Source of the DNA: Octopus sinensis
Taxonomy: Eukaryota
Assembly (NCBI RefSeq): GCF_006345805.1
Contig: NC_042997.1
Location: forward strand, 177,506,001-177,570,000
Reading direction: 5' to 3'
DNA length: 64,000 nt
The translations under genes and the position numbers were made by a program. The notes below the pieces were generated by a model, which worked only from the letters and a program-made list of their open reading frames with translations, was not told the origin of the DNA and did no database searches. Positions 26,361-40,101 of the stretch are shown one piece after another; position 1 is the stretch's first letter; the number at the start of each line of letters is the position of its first letter.

Positions 26361-27129
26361 GTAATTTGGGATAGAGAACAGAACCTGCGCATCGTTGTGA
26401 AAATCAGCTTCCCAGCAGATGTTAACATAAAACTAAAGATCAGCGAAAAAGAAAATACCTACGCTGAACTATTGAGAAATTTGCAGTTACTCTATCCAGA
26501 TTACAAGTTCAGGTTTATACCTGTGATTATTGGGGCGCTGGGATATGTAAGACATTACCTAAATACCAATCTTGAGAAATTAGGTTTCTCAATACGAGAA
26601 AGCTGATTCCAAGACTACAGAGCCAATCGATCACTGGAACTGTAAAAATTTAAAACTTTCGAGAAAGTTTATCATTTAAGTATATATGACTATGTATAGA
26701 CGTGCAACTATGTGCATGAGAAAACATACATAAAACAAAACGTTAAAATCTAGGCAGTGAACTGACAGAAACGTTAGGACACCGGGCGAAATGCTTAGCA
26801 GTATTTCGTCTGTCTTTACGTTCTGAGTTCAAATTCCGCCGAGGTCGACTTTGCCTTTCATCCTTTCGGGGTCGATTAGATAAGTACCAGTTTCGCACTG
26901 GGGTCGATATAATCGACTTAATCCCTTTGTCTGTCCTTGTTTGTCCTCACTATATTTGGTCCTTTGTGGGCAATAAAGAAATAAAAAACATTAAAATCTG
27001 CACATATGCATACATCCATACATACAAAAATATCCTGTTGATGTTGAAATTCCAATGGAGGAGCTTTGCATCTAGGTTAGAAACTGGCTCTTTTTCTATT
27101 GACACGAATCTTGAAATAAAATTAAGTAG
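26361..27129 (+). mobile_element. 5'-truncated RLE retrotransposon (CATA-associated family) with a nested SINE
   Basis: VIWDREQNLRIVVKISFPADVNIKLKISEKENTYAELLRNLQLLYPDYKFRFIPVIIGALG, flanked by (CATA)n at 26255-26360 and 27130-27149. Confidence 0.8.
26752..26984 (+). mobile_element. tRNA-headed SINE family B
   Basis: B-box gagttcaaattcc; core ccgaggtcgactttgcctttcatcctttcggggtcga; 15-bp TSD aaaac(g/a)ttaaaatct at 26737-26751 and 26985-26999. Confidence 0.9.
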
Positions 27130-27503
27130 CATACATACATACATACATAGAGATTTTTATTATTTACTGCTGTCAGGCTGCCACGTCACAAAACTTGTGG
27201 AGTGTTGCATAAAATGCCTCACCACATTTGTCCTGGCTCTTACGTTCTGCGTTCAAAATCCACTGAGATCAGCTTTGCCTTTCATCTTTTCAGAGTCAAT
27301 ACATTGAAGCTAACCGTCAAGAACTCGGGTCGATTTAATCGCCAAACACACCCGCCCTGTTAGAATTTGTGTCCTTGTACTTCCGTTAAAAACAATTATT
27401 TTAATGGTCTTAGATTTGGCGTTATAGCCATACTGGAGCAACCTTCTAGATCATAGACAATTAAATGGGAACCGTCATATATATAATATATATATATATA
27501 TGT

Positions 27504-27850
27504 AGGTCCCGGGTTGATTCGGGGTTAACCACAGTAAATAAGGTACTCAATACATAGTAGAGTAAAATTAATTTATTATATAGAAGGAGCTTCTACAGGA
27601 CTAGAACTGTTTCATTCAAGAGAAATCTTCAGGAAGCTAGTTAACAAGAATTGTATTGGCATTTATACATTTAGGCAGGTTTAAAGGGGTGTTGGTGGGG
27701 GACTTTTTGGGGGTAGGCATAGCGCAAAATATCATACTTGGGGGAGTGGTCAAGGAGTCAGTGTTAAATTAGATAGAAGAATAAATAAAAAAATAAAAAA
27801 ATATATAAAAAAATATATAAAAATATATATAAAAAAAGGGAATAGAGTTT
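27504..27850 (-). mobile_element. PLE pseudo-LTR-like fragment inserted next to (TA)n
   Basis: Unique sequence between TA-rich tracts that carries an HHR. Confidence 0.55.
27588..27638 (-). ncRNA. Type I hammerhead ribozyme
   Basis: agcuuc-CUGAAGA-u-uuc-ucuu-gaa-u-GAAACAG-uucuaguc-CU-GUA-gaagcu: 6-bp helix I, 4-bp helix III, and a U-U mismatch at 10.1/11.1. Confidence 0.7.
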
Positions 27851-27916
27851 TAGGTAAATAAGGAGATTCTCACTTATACCTATGCACATATGTATACATA
27901 TATACACACACATACA

Positions 27917-27965
<49 letters not shown>

Positions 27966-28249
27966 CTTTCACTGTGGGTGTCTGAAATACAAAGTCAATT
28001 TTGTATGGATGATTAAACAGCACCGTGGTTCACATCCCCTTTCATCTTTTACATATATGCATATAGGGACACACACATGCATGTATATATACACACATAC
28101 ATACATGCATATATACATATATACATATATACATTTAGATATGTATGGTGTGTGTGAATATAGAGTTGTGTATACCTGTATGTGCATATATATGTGTATA
28201 TATAGTATATATGTACATATATGTATATGTATATATATATATCTATATA

Positions 28250-28281
<32 letters not shown>

Positions 28282-28320
28282 TTATTTATATATATACATA
28301 TATATTATATATATATATAT

Positions 28321-28361
<41 letters not shown>

Positions 28362-28364
<3 letters not shown>

Positions 28365-28572
28365 ATGAAAGGCAAAGTCGATCTCGGCGAAATTTAAACT
28401 CAAAACGCAAAGACAGACGAAATACCTATTTCTTTACTACCCATAAGGGGCTAAACACAGAGGGGACAAATAAGGACAGACAAAGGGATTAAGTCGATTA
28501 CATCGACCCCAGTGCGTAACTGGTACTTAGTTTATCAACTCCGAAAGGATGAAAGGCAAAGTCGACCTCGGC
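28362..28572 (-). mobile_element. SINE family B, partial dimeric copy
   Basis: Two core segments separated by the tail segment acaagg..gacag. Confidence 0.8.
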
Positions 28573-29240
28573 GTATATATATATATATATATGTGTGTGT
28601 GTGGTGTGTGTGTGTGTGTGTGTGTGTGTATTATATATATATAAATGTATAGTTTGTATGTATACACACATATACACACATACGTATACACACATATAAG
28701 TACTTCACTCTCTGTCTCTCCCCTCCTCTTCTCTCACTCTATGTGTGTGTGTGAGTCTGTGTGCATGTGTGTGTGTACGCGTGCCCGCGCGCGTAATTGG
28801 TTGAATATTATAATTGTCCTAACAAATTTGCTAAGAGATGTGACTAAGTAACCCGGGATAGCTGGAATTGACGGCCAAATGTCTGCTACAAATAAAGCAA
28901 TAAGGACGCCAGCAAGACTCATTAAGAAAGAGAAGTTTACTTGTTAATGTTTCAGCCGGTTTGATTAGATAAGTCAATTTATGTCTGTCTGTAGGCGTAA
29001 AATGTCAATATTAGTTTAATTAGGTAACGCGACTATCGGCTAAGGCAACAGTTCGAATTTAAGAATGGCGAGAAACCGACGACCTACCTTTAAAGACACA
29101 AGCGCGTGCATGTGCACCAATGTGTGTGAATGTATACATACATACATACTTTTAGATATATATATAGTAAATGTGACTCATTCGCAATTTGCAAACGAAA
29201 GCCAATATATATATATGTGTATATATATATATATATTATT

Positions 29241-29274
<34 letters not shown>

Positions 29275-29539
29275 ATGGTGTGTGTGTGTGTGTATGTGTG
29301 GTATGTGTATGTGTGTGATGTGTATGTGTGCGTGTGTGCGTGTGTGCGCACACACACACGCGCGCGCATACATACACACACACGCATACACACACACACA
29401 CACGAATTTTGGTTTGAAAATATAAAAGAAACGCAAGTGCCTAGAAATTATTGCATGACACTTAACAAAACAAAACCAATATCTATGTATCTATCAATTT
29501 AAATATATATATGTATGTATCTATATCTAAATCCATTTC

Positions 29540-29574
<35 letters not shown>

Positions 29575-29915
29575 ATCTTCCGGGAAATTTAAAACAGAGG
29601 GTTACCTACTTGCAAACAAATGTGGTAACATGTAACATTATTGACCGAGGTTACCGTGGTCTTTTCCGTAGGCTTTTCTTTCCACGGATAAACCTTATCT
29701 ACTTCCCCCTTTATACTTTACATCATGACACTGTGATACACGATCCCTATTGATCGTTTTTTTTTCTTTTCCCCTTTTTTTCTTCTTTCCCTTCTTAGAT
29801 AGCTTTTGATCGAAAACCTACCCCACTTTTTATTTCTCCCCCCCTCCCGAAAGAAAAGCTCTACTTTGTGATCTGTCCCGTCTGTGTGCAGCCCTGTGTG
29901 GTTAACACAGAAACA

Positions 29916-30003
<88 letters not shown>

Positions 30004-30339
30004 CATTTGTTTTATATGCGTTTCGAAATTTACAGAGGAGAAAATATAGTACTGAATGCAAGTAAAAGAGTTAATGAATCTATATCTTCGTGTGTGAGTG
30101 AGTGAGGGAGTGTGTATGTGTATGTATATGTGTGTTTGTATGTGCGTGCGACATGTACCTGGCTGCCAAATAAGCATGTCTATCAGTCTGTGTGTCAGTC
30201 CGACTGTTTGTGTGTTACCCAACCTTTTTTTAATGCTAATTTCTGTAGAAATCTATCGAACGGCTTTGTACCCACTTGTATTCCATGATGCCTCTGCGGC
30301 AAATTGAAGCAATCTTCGACATAAACACAGAGACGATGT

Positions 30340-30340
<1 letters not shown>

Positions 30341-30412
<72 letters not shown>

Positions 30413-30641
30413 TAATAATAAAAATAATGATGATGATGATAATAATAATAATAATGATGATAATAATAATAATAATAACATCAATAATGATAATAATAAT
30501 AATAATAATAAAAATAATAATAATAATAAAAATAATAATAATAAAAATAATAATGATGATGATGATGATAATAATAATGATGATGATAATAATAATAATA
30601 ATAATGATGAAGATAATAATAATAATAACATTAATAATGAT

Positions 30642-30699
<58 letters not shown>

Positions 30700-30760
30700 G
30701 AGATGGTGATGATGATGATATAATTTATGATTATTATTATTGTTATTGTATAAATAAATA
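30341..30760 (+). repeat. Compound (AAT)n/(GAT)n microsatellite
   Basis: Direct reading; it is the source of the poly-N/D ORF artefacts. Confidence 0.95.
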
Positions 30761-30907
30761 GATAAAATAAATAAATATATGAAAGAATGAATAAATGTGT
30801 GAACCGGAGATGTTGAAAGAAATATGTACAGAGAGGGTTTTGTGTAATAAGATTTTTGTATCGATTTCAGATAATACCAATATGGAAAGTAGAAACCGCA
30901 CACACAC

Positions 30908-30947
<40 letters not shown>

Positions 30948-31127
30948 CACACACACACACACACGTGCACGTGTGCGCACGCACACACTCTCTCTCTTTC
31001 TCTCTCTCCTTCTCTCTCTTTCTCTCTCTTTCTCTCTCTTTCTCTCTCTCTTTCTCTGTCTCTCTCTCTCTCACTTTCTCTCCCTCTTTCTTTTCTCTTT
31101 CTCTCTCTCTCACTTTCTCTCTCTCTC

Positions 31128-31159
<32 letters not shown>

Positions 31160-31751
31160 TTCTCTTTCTTTCTCTCTCTTTCTCTCTCTCTCTCCCGTCT
31201 CTTTCTCTCTCTCTTTCTCTCTCTTGCACACACGTACACATCACTACATACACTTTTGCGCGTAATACTCACACAAATACACATAAATACACGCAAATAC
31301 ATTCATACGCAAATACTTACACATTCACATACACATACCGACTTACGTGGACAAACACACAAACACACATGTATACACACGCACACATGAATGTATGTAT
31401 GTCGGCCATGCGATAAACACATGCATGCACTCATACACAAACTCACTGTTACATACACACACACATACACACACACACATAAATACATACACAGTGCTGC
31501 ACGCAGAATAAATTGCACACAAAATTCGACAGAAGTGAAAAGAAAATAAGATAACACAACTAAAACCATAAACACGAAACTCGCCACAGAACAAACATAA
31601 TAAAGCAAAAATGGAATAATATTTGGAAATCGTATCGAGGTAACACAACAGTCATCGGTTAAATCATCATTATTATCATCATCAGCAGCAGCAGCAGTAG
31701 CATCGTCGTCATAGCCACCGCTGCCACCGTCATCATGAAAGTCCACCTTTT

Positions 31752-31796
<45 letters not shown>

Positions 31797-31808
31797 TTAA
31801 TAATAATA

Positions 31809-32183
31809 GCAAAATGTGGAACCTGAAGACTAAAACAATACCTGTTGTCATAGGTGCCCTGAGAATGATAGCGTAAGGGGCTGATTGCTACCTAGCTCAG
31901 ATAACCAGGAAACCCCAAAATGGCAGATATTCAAAAGATAGTGCTCCTTGGAACAGCTCATATCCTACGCAAAATACTTATATGTAATCTCAAGTTTAAA
32001 CACAACATAAATTTTCTTATGATTTCTTAAACATCTCTAGAACAAACACTATGTACAAAACCAAATATATGGCACCCTAGGCATAACACCAACATGAACT
32101 TTCAGCTTGTCTCTTGAGGTCTCTGGGTGAGACTTGGAGTCAACTTGTACAAATGTAAAGCAAAAGTCAAACATAAAAAAAAA
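31809..32183 (+). mobile_element. 5'-truncated second Dong-like family 3' end in (TAA)n
   Basis: KMWNLKTKTIPVVIGALRMI..IQKIVLLGTAHILRKIL. Its 3' UTR differs from that of the 2787-6700 element. Confidence 0.8.
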
Positions 32184-32192
32184 TAATAATAA

Positions 32193-32576
32193 ATGCTTGT
32201 CAGTTGTTTGACCTTAACCAGTTGAGCATGACGATATGTGCATCTCTGATCACGAGCATCATTGCCGTGTGTTGAAAGGAATTCTTACAGATTTGGATAA
32301 TTCACCTTTGGAAACATGGGTGGTTCGTTCAACATTCTTAAACAACCCTTATTCAGGGACCTTTTGAGCGGGATGGGCTACTCGACCAGAAGCAAATTCT
32401 AACTGGGTCCCATCTGCAAGGTCATGCGCTGTTTATTTTGACATGAGATCACCATGTCGCGCACATATGGTTGTGATGCATGTGCCTGGTGTACCCTTAT
32501 CAGAAAGGAAATCATGATGGGTATACTGGGCTTCGTATATGTTACTCCTTTGATGGTATGCACTACTCTCTCAATC
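32193..32576 (+). mobile_element. TAA-flanked non-coding element, copy 3 (internally deleted)
   Basis: Starts aaatgc, then skips to ttgtcagttgtttgacc, and ends in (AAT)n. Confidence 0.75.
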
Positions 32577-32632
<56 letters not shown>

Positions 32633-32717
32633 CAACAACAACAACAACAACAATAATAATAATAAAAATAAAAATAATAATAATAATAATAAAAAGAAGA
32701 AGTTCATTCTGCTATAG

Positions 32718-32925
32718 ACACGAAGCCTGACATTTTGGGGGAAGAGAAAAATCTATTACATTGATCGCAGCCCCCCACCCCAGTGCTCAACTGGTACTTA
32801 TTCCGTCGACTACGAAAAAAATGAAAGGTAAAGTCAACCTCGACGAAATTTGAAATCAGAACGTAAAGTCGTAAGAAATGCTGCAAAGTAGTTTTCCCAC
32901 CGTGCTAACGATATTGCCAGCTAGC
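32718..32925 (-). mobile_element. SINE family B, diverged
   Basis: Reverse-strand core aaaggtaaagtcaacctcgacgaaatttgaa. Confidence 0.7.
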
Positions 32926-33138
32926 AGTCTAATAATGTTTCCTATTTAGACACAAGACTAATAGTTTTGAGAAGAAAGATCTTGTCGAGTACACCAAATC
33001 CAGTAGTGCACTACCGCTTTATTTTAGGCTGAAACATAATGCAAGATTTGAACTCAGAACGTAAAGAGTCGGTAGAAATATTGTAAGGTTTCTTGTCTTT
33101 CAGAACCTTAGCGACAACTTAATCGTTCCTTTTGAGAT

Positions 33139-33344
33139 TCTTTTATTCTTTTATTTGATTCAGCCATTTGACTGCGGCCTTGCTGGAACACCACATTTAG
33201 TTTAGCAAATCGACCCCAGGACTTATTCTTTGTAAGCCTAGTACTTATTCTATCGGAATCTCTTGCCGAACCGCAAAGTGTCGGGGACACCAGCATCGGT
33301 TGTCAAGCGATGTTCGGGGGACAAACACAGACACATAAACATGT

Positions 33345-33379
<35 letters not shown>

Positions 33380-33494
33380 ATATATATATATATACATACA
33401 CGGTGGGCTTCTTTCAGCTTCCGTCCACCAAATCCACTCACAAGGCTCTGGTCGGCCCGAGGCTATAGTAGAAGACACTTACCCAAGGTTCCAC
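33139..33494 (-). mobile_element. SINE family A, head truncated
   Basis: Collinear with 402-730. Confidence 0.85.
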
Positions 33495-33559
33495 AAAAGA
33501 TTTTTACTGTCTTTGTTTGGAGAAACATTTACCAAACAAGACTGATTTTTTTGTGTGTG

Positions 33560-33910
33560 TGTCTTTTCTATCACTAACTAATGGAATCGGCTGGACGTTT
33601 CTTGACAAGTGTCTAGGAATCAATGCATGTCTAAAGTGATCTCTTTCTAACCATCACTTTTTCAGTATTGATATGTCTCAGCTTTCTGCCATTTCTCTTC
33701 TAGCATACATATATTTATGCAATAAACACATGCACGCGACTGATCGTTACCGCTCTCAAATGCCTTCCTTCATACCGAGATGACGCCACTGTGTAGTTCT
33801 TTGTCGACTGTACACTTTGTATTTCCTTACTTGTATTCAAGCCCTTTCGTTAACCAACAGATCCTTCCAACAAGACGTCAATACATCATCTTGCAAAGAA
33901 GACTTGTTGA
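33560..33910 (-). pseudogene. Possible highly degraded RTE-type LINE fragment
   Basis: Only weak resemblance to RTE C-terminal RT motifs, with many stops. Confidence 0.3.
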
Positions 33911-35842
33911 TTTAGTTTCTTTCATGATTACCTAAACGCAGACATGTGTATGTATATAAATTTATACATGTGTGTATATACACACACACACATATATATA
34001 TATATATGCAGACAGGGAAAGAGATAGATAGATAGAGAGAGAGGAGAGGGAGAGAGAGAGAGAGGGAGAGAGAGGCAGGCAAGCTAAATGATAAGGAAAA
34101 TACTATGTGCTGTAGTGAAACATCCATTAACTCTCTATAAATGTTGTTCAATAATCTATGTCTCTTCCGTCGGTGCTTTTCACTATGGCCTGTAATCTTC
34201 TGGTTAATTACAAGACTTTTCCGTGGTTAGAAATGGATGTCAAACAATATCAAAATAAATAATTCAGAGACACTATCCACTGGAAAACAATAGCTAAGCT
34301 AGTGTTAACGTTCAACTCGATATAAATATGTATTAAGGTAAAAATAAATGTTTGTCAACGAATAACATTATTTTCATTTTACGGCTGCATCAGCATGGCC
34401 GCAGTCTAATAACTGAAGTAAATAAATAAGTACTGCAGAAAATTACACATAGGCCTCCGATTTATTCTGATCACAATATTTTTTTGCCTTTACTCAGGCA
34501 CAGTTATGTTTTGCTGATGAGTTCAGAATAAGATGAAAATATATATGGAGTTGTTTCCCGTGCTCACTAGAAAGAACAGGAAATACTATTATACTTTGAC
34601 TAATATTTTTTCTCACCGCGTATTTCTATTTAGCTTCGTACCGCTGCCATTCATTAAATTGCTAATGCTAACACACCTAGTGTAAAATATAATTGAATAT
34701 ACATAATTTAGCTGCAGAACACTGTTATGTAGTGATTACAATTACTTTTCCTTGCTCTTGGGCGAACCAACACAATGTGATGATTTGTATGAAGCAACCA
34801 CATATAGAGGTCGGCCAGATTGCCGAAGGAGGAAAATCTAACTATTCGCCGAATGAGGTTGAGTGTAATTACGGATGAGTTCAAAGAATTCCACTTGACT
34901 GACATCTCTTTCGCTAAATTCAGATATTCAGCCCTAAATTTTTATCAACGGTTGTGAATGTGTGTATATATATATATTATATATATATATATAATATATA
35001 TATAAAAACCATATATGTGTTTACATACATACACATGCATACATACATGCATACATACATACATACATATATACATACATACATACATACATACATACAT
35101 ACATACATACATACATGCATACATACATACATATATACATAGGCACACACACACATATATATTTTCAAAAACTTGCAATATCTGCAGAGTAGTGGAAACG
35201 GTAGAGTGTCCATATTTAGTTTAGTACAGTTAACATTTTGAGTTCAAATCCTGGTTTTGATTAATATTCTATCTGTTATCTTTCGAGCGCTGTTAAAATG
35301 AACATTAGCGATGGAGTGGCGGATTTATCCTGTCTTTGTAAATGGTTCCCGCCATTAGGTTGTAATTATGCGTAAGAACCATCGCACATACACACAACGA
35401 TTATATCATGATGAGCCGTTCTTGAGAGCATTTCAAATCACACAATTACTAATATAATCTGCTTTTGTTTATTTTCTAGATTGTATCAATATTTTCGTCT
35501 AACTTCTGTGAGCTGCCGTTTACGAAAAGGATTACACTGAAATTGGAATTCTTTCAGTGATCCGCTGGTCACTGTTGTAGAATTACGTCTCAACAGGTTG
35601 CAGAAAAGATCCGTAAATTTTGTCTCGTAAAGAAAATATACGAAGTGGATACGGATACGATGCGTGCATCGATAGCAAGAAGAGAAAGAAGCGGGTTCGT
35701 TTATGTTGTCTCTGAATTTCAACAAACATAATATCAAAGCGTTTGCTAATCAATTACAACTCCAATACGCACGCACATACATATACACAACCGCACTCGC
35801 AAAACACACGCACATACACATAAGCAAAACACACAAACACAA

Positions 35843-35875
<33 letters not shown>

Positions 35876-35887
35876 TATGTATATATA

Positions 35888-36264
35888 GTGGAGGCGCAAT
35901 GGCTCAGTGGTTAGGACAGCGGACTCGCGGTCATAGGATCGCAGTTTCGATTCCCAGACCGGGCGTTGGGAGTGTTTATTGAGCGAAAAGCCCTAAAGGT
36001 CCACGAGGCTCGGCAGGGGATGGTGGCGAACCCTGCTGTACTCTTTCACCATAACTTTCTCTCACTCTTCATGTTTCTGTTGTGCCTGTAATTCAAAGGG
36101 CCAGCCTTGTCACACTCTGTGTCACGCTGAATCTCCCCGAGAACTACGTTAAGGATGCACGTGTCTGTGGAGTGCTCAGCCACTTGCACGTTAATTTCAC
36201 GAGCAGGCTGTTCTGTGGATCGGGTCAACTGGAACCCTCGTCGTCGTAAACGACGGAGTGCCAA
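35888..36264 (+). mobile_element. SINE family C, alternative-tail subfamily
   Basis: Collinear with 19730-20114. Confidence 0.9.
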
Positions 36265-36268
36265 CATG

Positions 36269-36302
<34 letters not shown>

Positions 36303-36428
36303 GCACATACGTACATACACGTGTGTGTATGTGTGTGTGACAAAAGCAACGAGCGCAAAAAGGGAAGGACAAGTTCTGAAAAAATGTTGTATTGTATTAA
36401 GTTAATGCTTAAAAACGAAGCGAAAGAG

Positions 36429-36464
36429 TCTTGACCTTTCGGATGCAAGACCTTCATCAGAAAG
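36429..36464 (-). ncRNA. Degenerate minimal HHR-like motif
   Basis: cuuu-CUGAUGA-aggucuugcaucc-GAAAG-GUC-aaga. Helix III has a G-G mismatch and helix I is weak. Confidence 0.4.
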
Positions 36465-37092
36465 ATAGAAAAGAAAAAATGCAAGACTGAGAAAAAGTGG
36501 TTAGCTGATGAAATAAGTACCAGCTGAGCACTGGTGGCTCGCTGGAATCGATTATACCCCTTCTCCCAAATTTTCAGGCCTTACGAATATAGCAGAAAGG
36601 TTAACTAATCGGCAGAAGTTGTGAAGTAACTCAAGGGTCGAGAGTTTCGTGCACCGGCATCTAACAAACATAACTGTCAATGTACGAAACACTTAAACTT
36701 TGAGTCACTCTGTAACTTCTACCAATTAATAACAAGCAAAAAATATATACACTCATATTTTGTGCTTCTTGTTTGTTTGTTTGCATAACTACAGCTATAT
36801 AAACATACATAATCTACATACACAAGTACACTGAAATAAACTAGCTTTTTCGCGACTAATGTACTCCCTGATCTATGTTTGGGTGTGATTTCTGTTTTGT
36901 TCTGCAGTTGAGCTACAAAATGTTAGTTTTCTAAACATAAATTCTTATTGGGTGCACTTAGTGGAATCATGTCAAATCGATCCATTATTACGTTTCAGTT
37001 GTTTTCTGCTATTGTTTCTATAATTAATATTATTTGCATTTGTATTACATGTAATGATTATTATTATTATTATTATTATTATATTATTATTA

Positions 37093-37133
<41 letters not shown>

Positions 37134-37136
<3 letters not shown>

Positions 37137-37210
37137 TTGACTTTTGCTTTACATTTGCACAAGTTGGCTCCAAGTCTCACCCAGAGACCTCAAGAGACAA
37201 CAAGTTGGAA
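37134..37210 (-). mobile_element. ~80-bp 3' end of the second Dong-like family in (TTA)n
   Basis: Reverse complement of 32100-32180, flanked by (TTA)n on both sides. Confidence 0.8.
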
Positions 37211-37220
37211 TTATTATTAT

Positions 37221-37268
<48 letters not shown>

Positions 37269-38029
37269 ATTCATGTCAATTTTAGATTTACTGATGGCCA
37301 AATAGCTGGGTTAAATGTATTTATAACTAAATAAAAGAATGTATGTATGCATGTATGTGTGTATGTTTGTATATCTCTTTATGCACGTATGGATGGAAGT
37401 TTGCACATATGTATGTATGCATGTAGAGGAATTTATTATAGTCGAGTATGTAAGCATATTTGTGAGCGTGCGTGCGTGTGTAGGTGTGTGCGTCTATGTA
37501 CTTGAGAAAAAGAACGAGCAAACAGTTGCATAAAAGCTACAAAATATGTAGGAATGGTTATAGATTTTTCTCAAGACGTCTCGACAGGCAGAACTTAAAC
37601 AAGACAAGGTAAAGGCGAGGCAGAGAAAAGCAAGACAAGGCAAAGTTTTAGCATTTGTATCAACACGCATGTAATCGAAATATTGTGACTAACAACAATA
37701 ACAACGCAACCAATATAATAAGCCAATCTTGGGTAACACGACAAAGTACTTAATAGATCCACAAAACTGTTAATGGTAAAGTCTCTTGAAAAATAAATTT
37801 TTCCTTCATTCTGTTATATACGCCTTTAATTCTTTTTGTTTCCATCGCATTTCCTTAGGTAAGCAACGATTATGTTACTTAAAATCATTAGATATTCTAC
37901 ACATAGGAGCAGTACCTTGATGAAGGAGTGGCCTGAAAGCTTATGAATATGTCCTCAGTTGCTGTATATATGAACACATACACACATATATATTTATACA
38001 CACACATACACATATATATACGCACACAC

Positions 38030-38256
38030 GAGCTGGCAGAATCGTTAGCATACTGGACGAAATGTTTGGCGGTATTTCGTCTGCCGCTACGTTCTGAGTT
38101 CAAATTCCACCGAGGTCCACTGTGCCTTTCATCCTTCTGGAGTCGATAAATTAAGTACCAGCTACGCACTGGGGTCGATGTAATCGACTTACTCCCTTTG
38201 TCTGTCCTTGTTTGTCCCCACTATGTTTAGCCCCTTGTGGGCAATAAAGAAATAAG
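38030..38256 (+). mobile_element. SINE family B
   Basis: Head gagctggcagaatcgttagc, followed by the family core and tail. Confidence 0.9.
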
Positions 38257-38290
38257 ATAGGTATAGATATCTAAATAAGTAGGCTTTTTT

Positions 38291-38560
38291 AGACCCCTTT
38301 CGGTCATGAATGGAACAATCGAAACAAGGTTGTTTACGGAAGACCAGCGGTCGCCCATGCATACCAAACTTCCCTCTCCACGCCATTGATAAAAGGTAAA
38401 GGCCGATACAGCTTGGCACCAGTGACGTCGCAGTTTATTTCTAAAGATGAGTGGGTTGGAGCAACGTGAAATAAAGTGTCTTGCTCAAGAACACAACAAA
38501 CATCTCGGTCCTGGAATCGAACTCACTACCTCATGATTGTTAGCCCGACCCTCTAACCAC
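38291..38560 (-). mobile_element. SINE family D, diverged
   Basis: Collinear with 11817-12150. Confidence 0.8.
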
Positions 38561-38882
38561 TGACTCAGACTGACTCAGATATATGACTCAGTGAAAAAAT
38601 AAGTTCAAAAGAGAACAATTTAAACTTTTTGAGAGGTCCAACAAGAGAGAAAGAATGTTTTCTAATAAAGTTTCATCATATTCATAAAAAACAGCCAGGG
38701 CAAGTAATAAGAATATGAAAATAGTAGTTGAAAAATATCGTTATAGGTATAAAAATACTATAAAATATTATAGAAAAATGGAGGAGAAAAAGATGCTGAA
38801 TCAAAATTAGATTTAACACAAAATAGGATTCAATACATACGCGTGTTTCAAAGGACAATACAAATATGCAAGAAAAATTATA

Positions 38883-38982
38883 NNNNNNNNNNNNNNNNNN
38901 NNNNNNNNNNNNNNNNNNNNNNNNNNNNNNNNNNNNNNNNNNNNNNNNNNNNNNNNNNNNNNNNNNNNNNNNNNNNNNNNNN
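38883..38982. other. Assembly gap (100 N)
   Basis: Direct reading; contiguity across it is not established. Confidence 1.
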
Positions 38983-39417
38983 AAGTAGATCAGCTGATGC
39001 AGACAGACGAATAGAAACGAACTTTATAAGTAATCCAATGAAAACCATTCTTTCAGAAAGTTGTAAGTTTTAATAGAAACATTTAACTAATATGACACCT
39101 GTTGAATGCTATGTTCTATCTCTTGTACACTTAAATTTAAGCACGAATGTATGTGTGTGTATGTATATACGTGTGTCTGTGATTGTGTATGTATCTCATA
39201 CCAATATGTATATATTTGTATATGCATGTAAACCCATATATGCACACACACGCGCACACACTCATACGCTCACATATACACACTCACTCACACGCACATA
39301 TATATTGTATACGTATATGATTTATATATGTGTGCGTGCAAATACATTCACATTTATTATTACTTTTCATTTAAAAGTATGTATCACACATATATGTAGA
39401 TATCTATATAAACTATG

Positions 39418-39491
<74 letters not shown>

Positions 39492-39589
39492 TATATATAC
39501 ATATACATATACATATTATATATATATATATATATACATATACATTTACATACTTACATATATCTATATATATATATATATATATTTAT

Positions 39590-39633
<44 letters not shown>

Positions 39634-39637
39634 ATAA

Positions 39638-39694
<57 letters not shown>

Positions 39695-39718
39695 AAGATA
39701 GATAGATAGATGGATAGA

Positions 39719-39754
<36 letters not shown>

Positions 39755-39762
39755 TAGATACA
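39590..39762 (+). repeat. (TAGA)n microsatellite within TA tracts
   Basis: Direct reading. Confidence 0.95.
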
Positions 39763-39765
39763 AAC

Positions 39766-39848
<83 letters not shown>

Positions 39849-40062
39849 TTGTGCTAGTATACGTTTATATGTCACATGCACTCACTGACAGGCACTGTAC
39901 ACGCACATATACACACACACAAATACATACACACACACACACAAACGTTATGTCATTTCTTATATCTTTTGTTGTTGATTGGTTTTGTTTTAGTTCTTCA
40001 GACTGGCTTTGCAGCTGCAGCAGCTGTTGTTGATTTTTTTTGCTCTTGTTGCTCTCAGTAGC

Positions 40063-40101
<39 letters not shown>

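Noticed and set aside
28790-29100. Unique higher-complexity segments as conserved enhancers (also 35480-35760 and 43140-43340)
   Set aside because: Cannot be supported without cross-species alignment.
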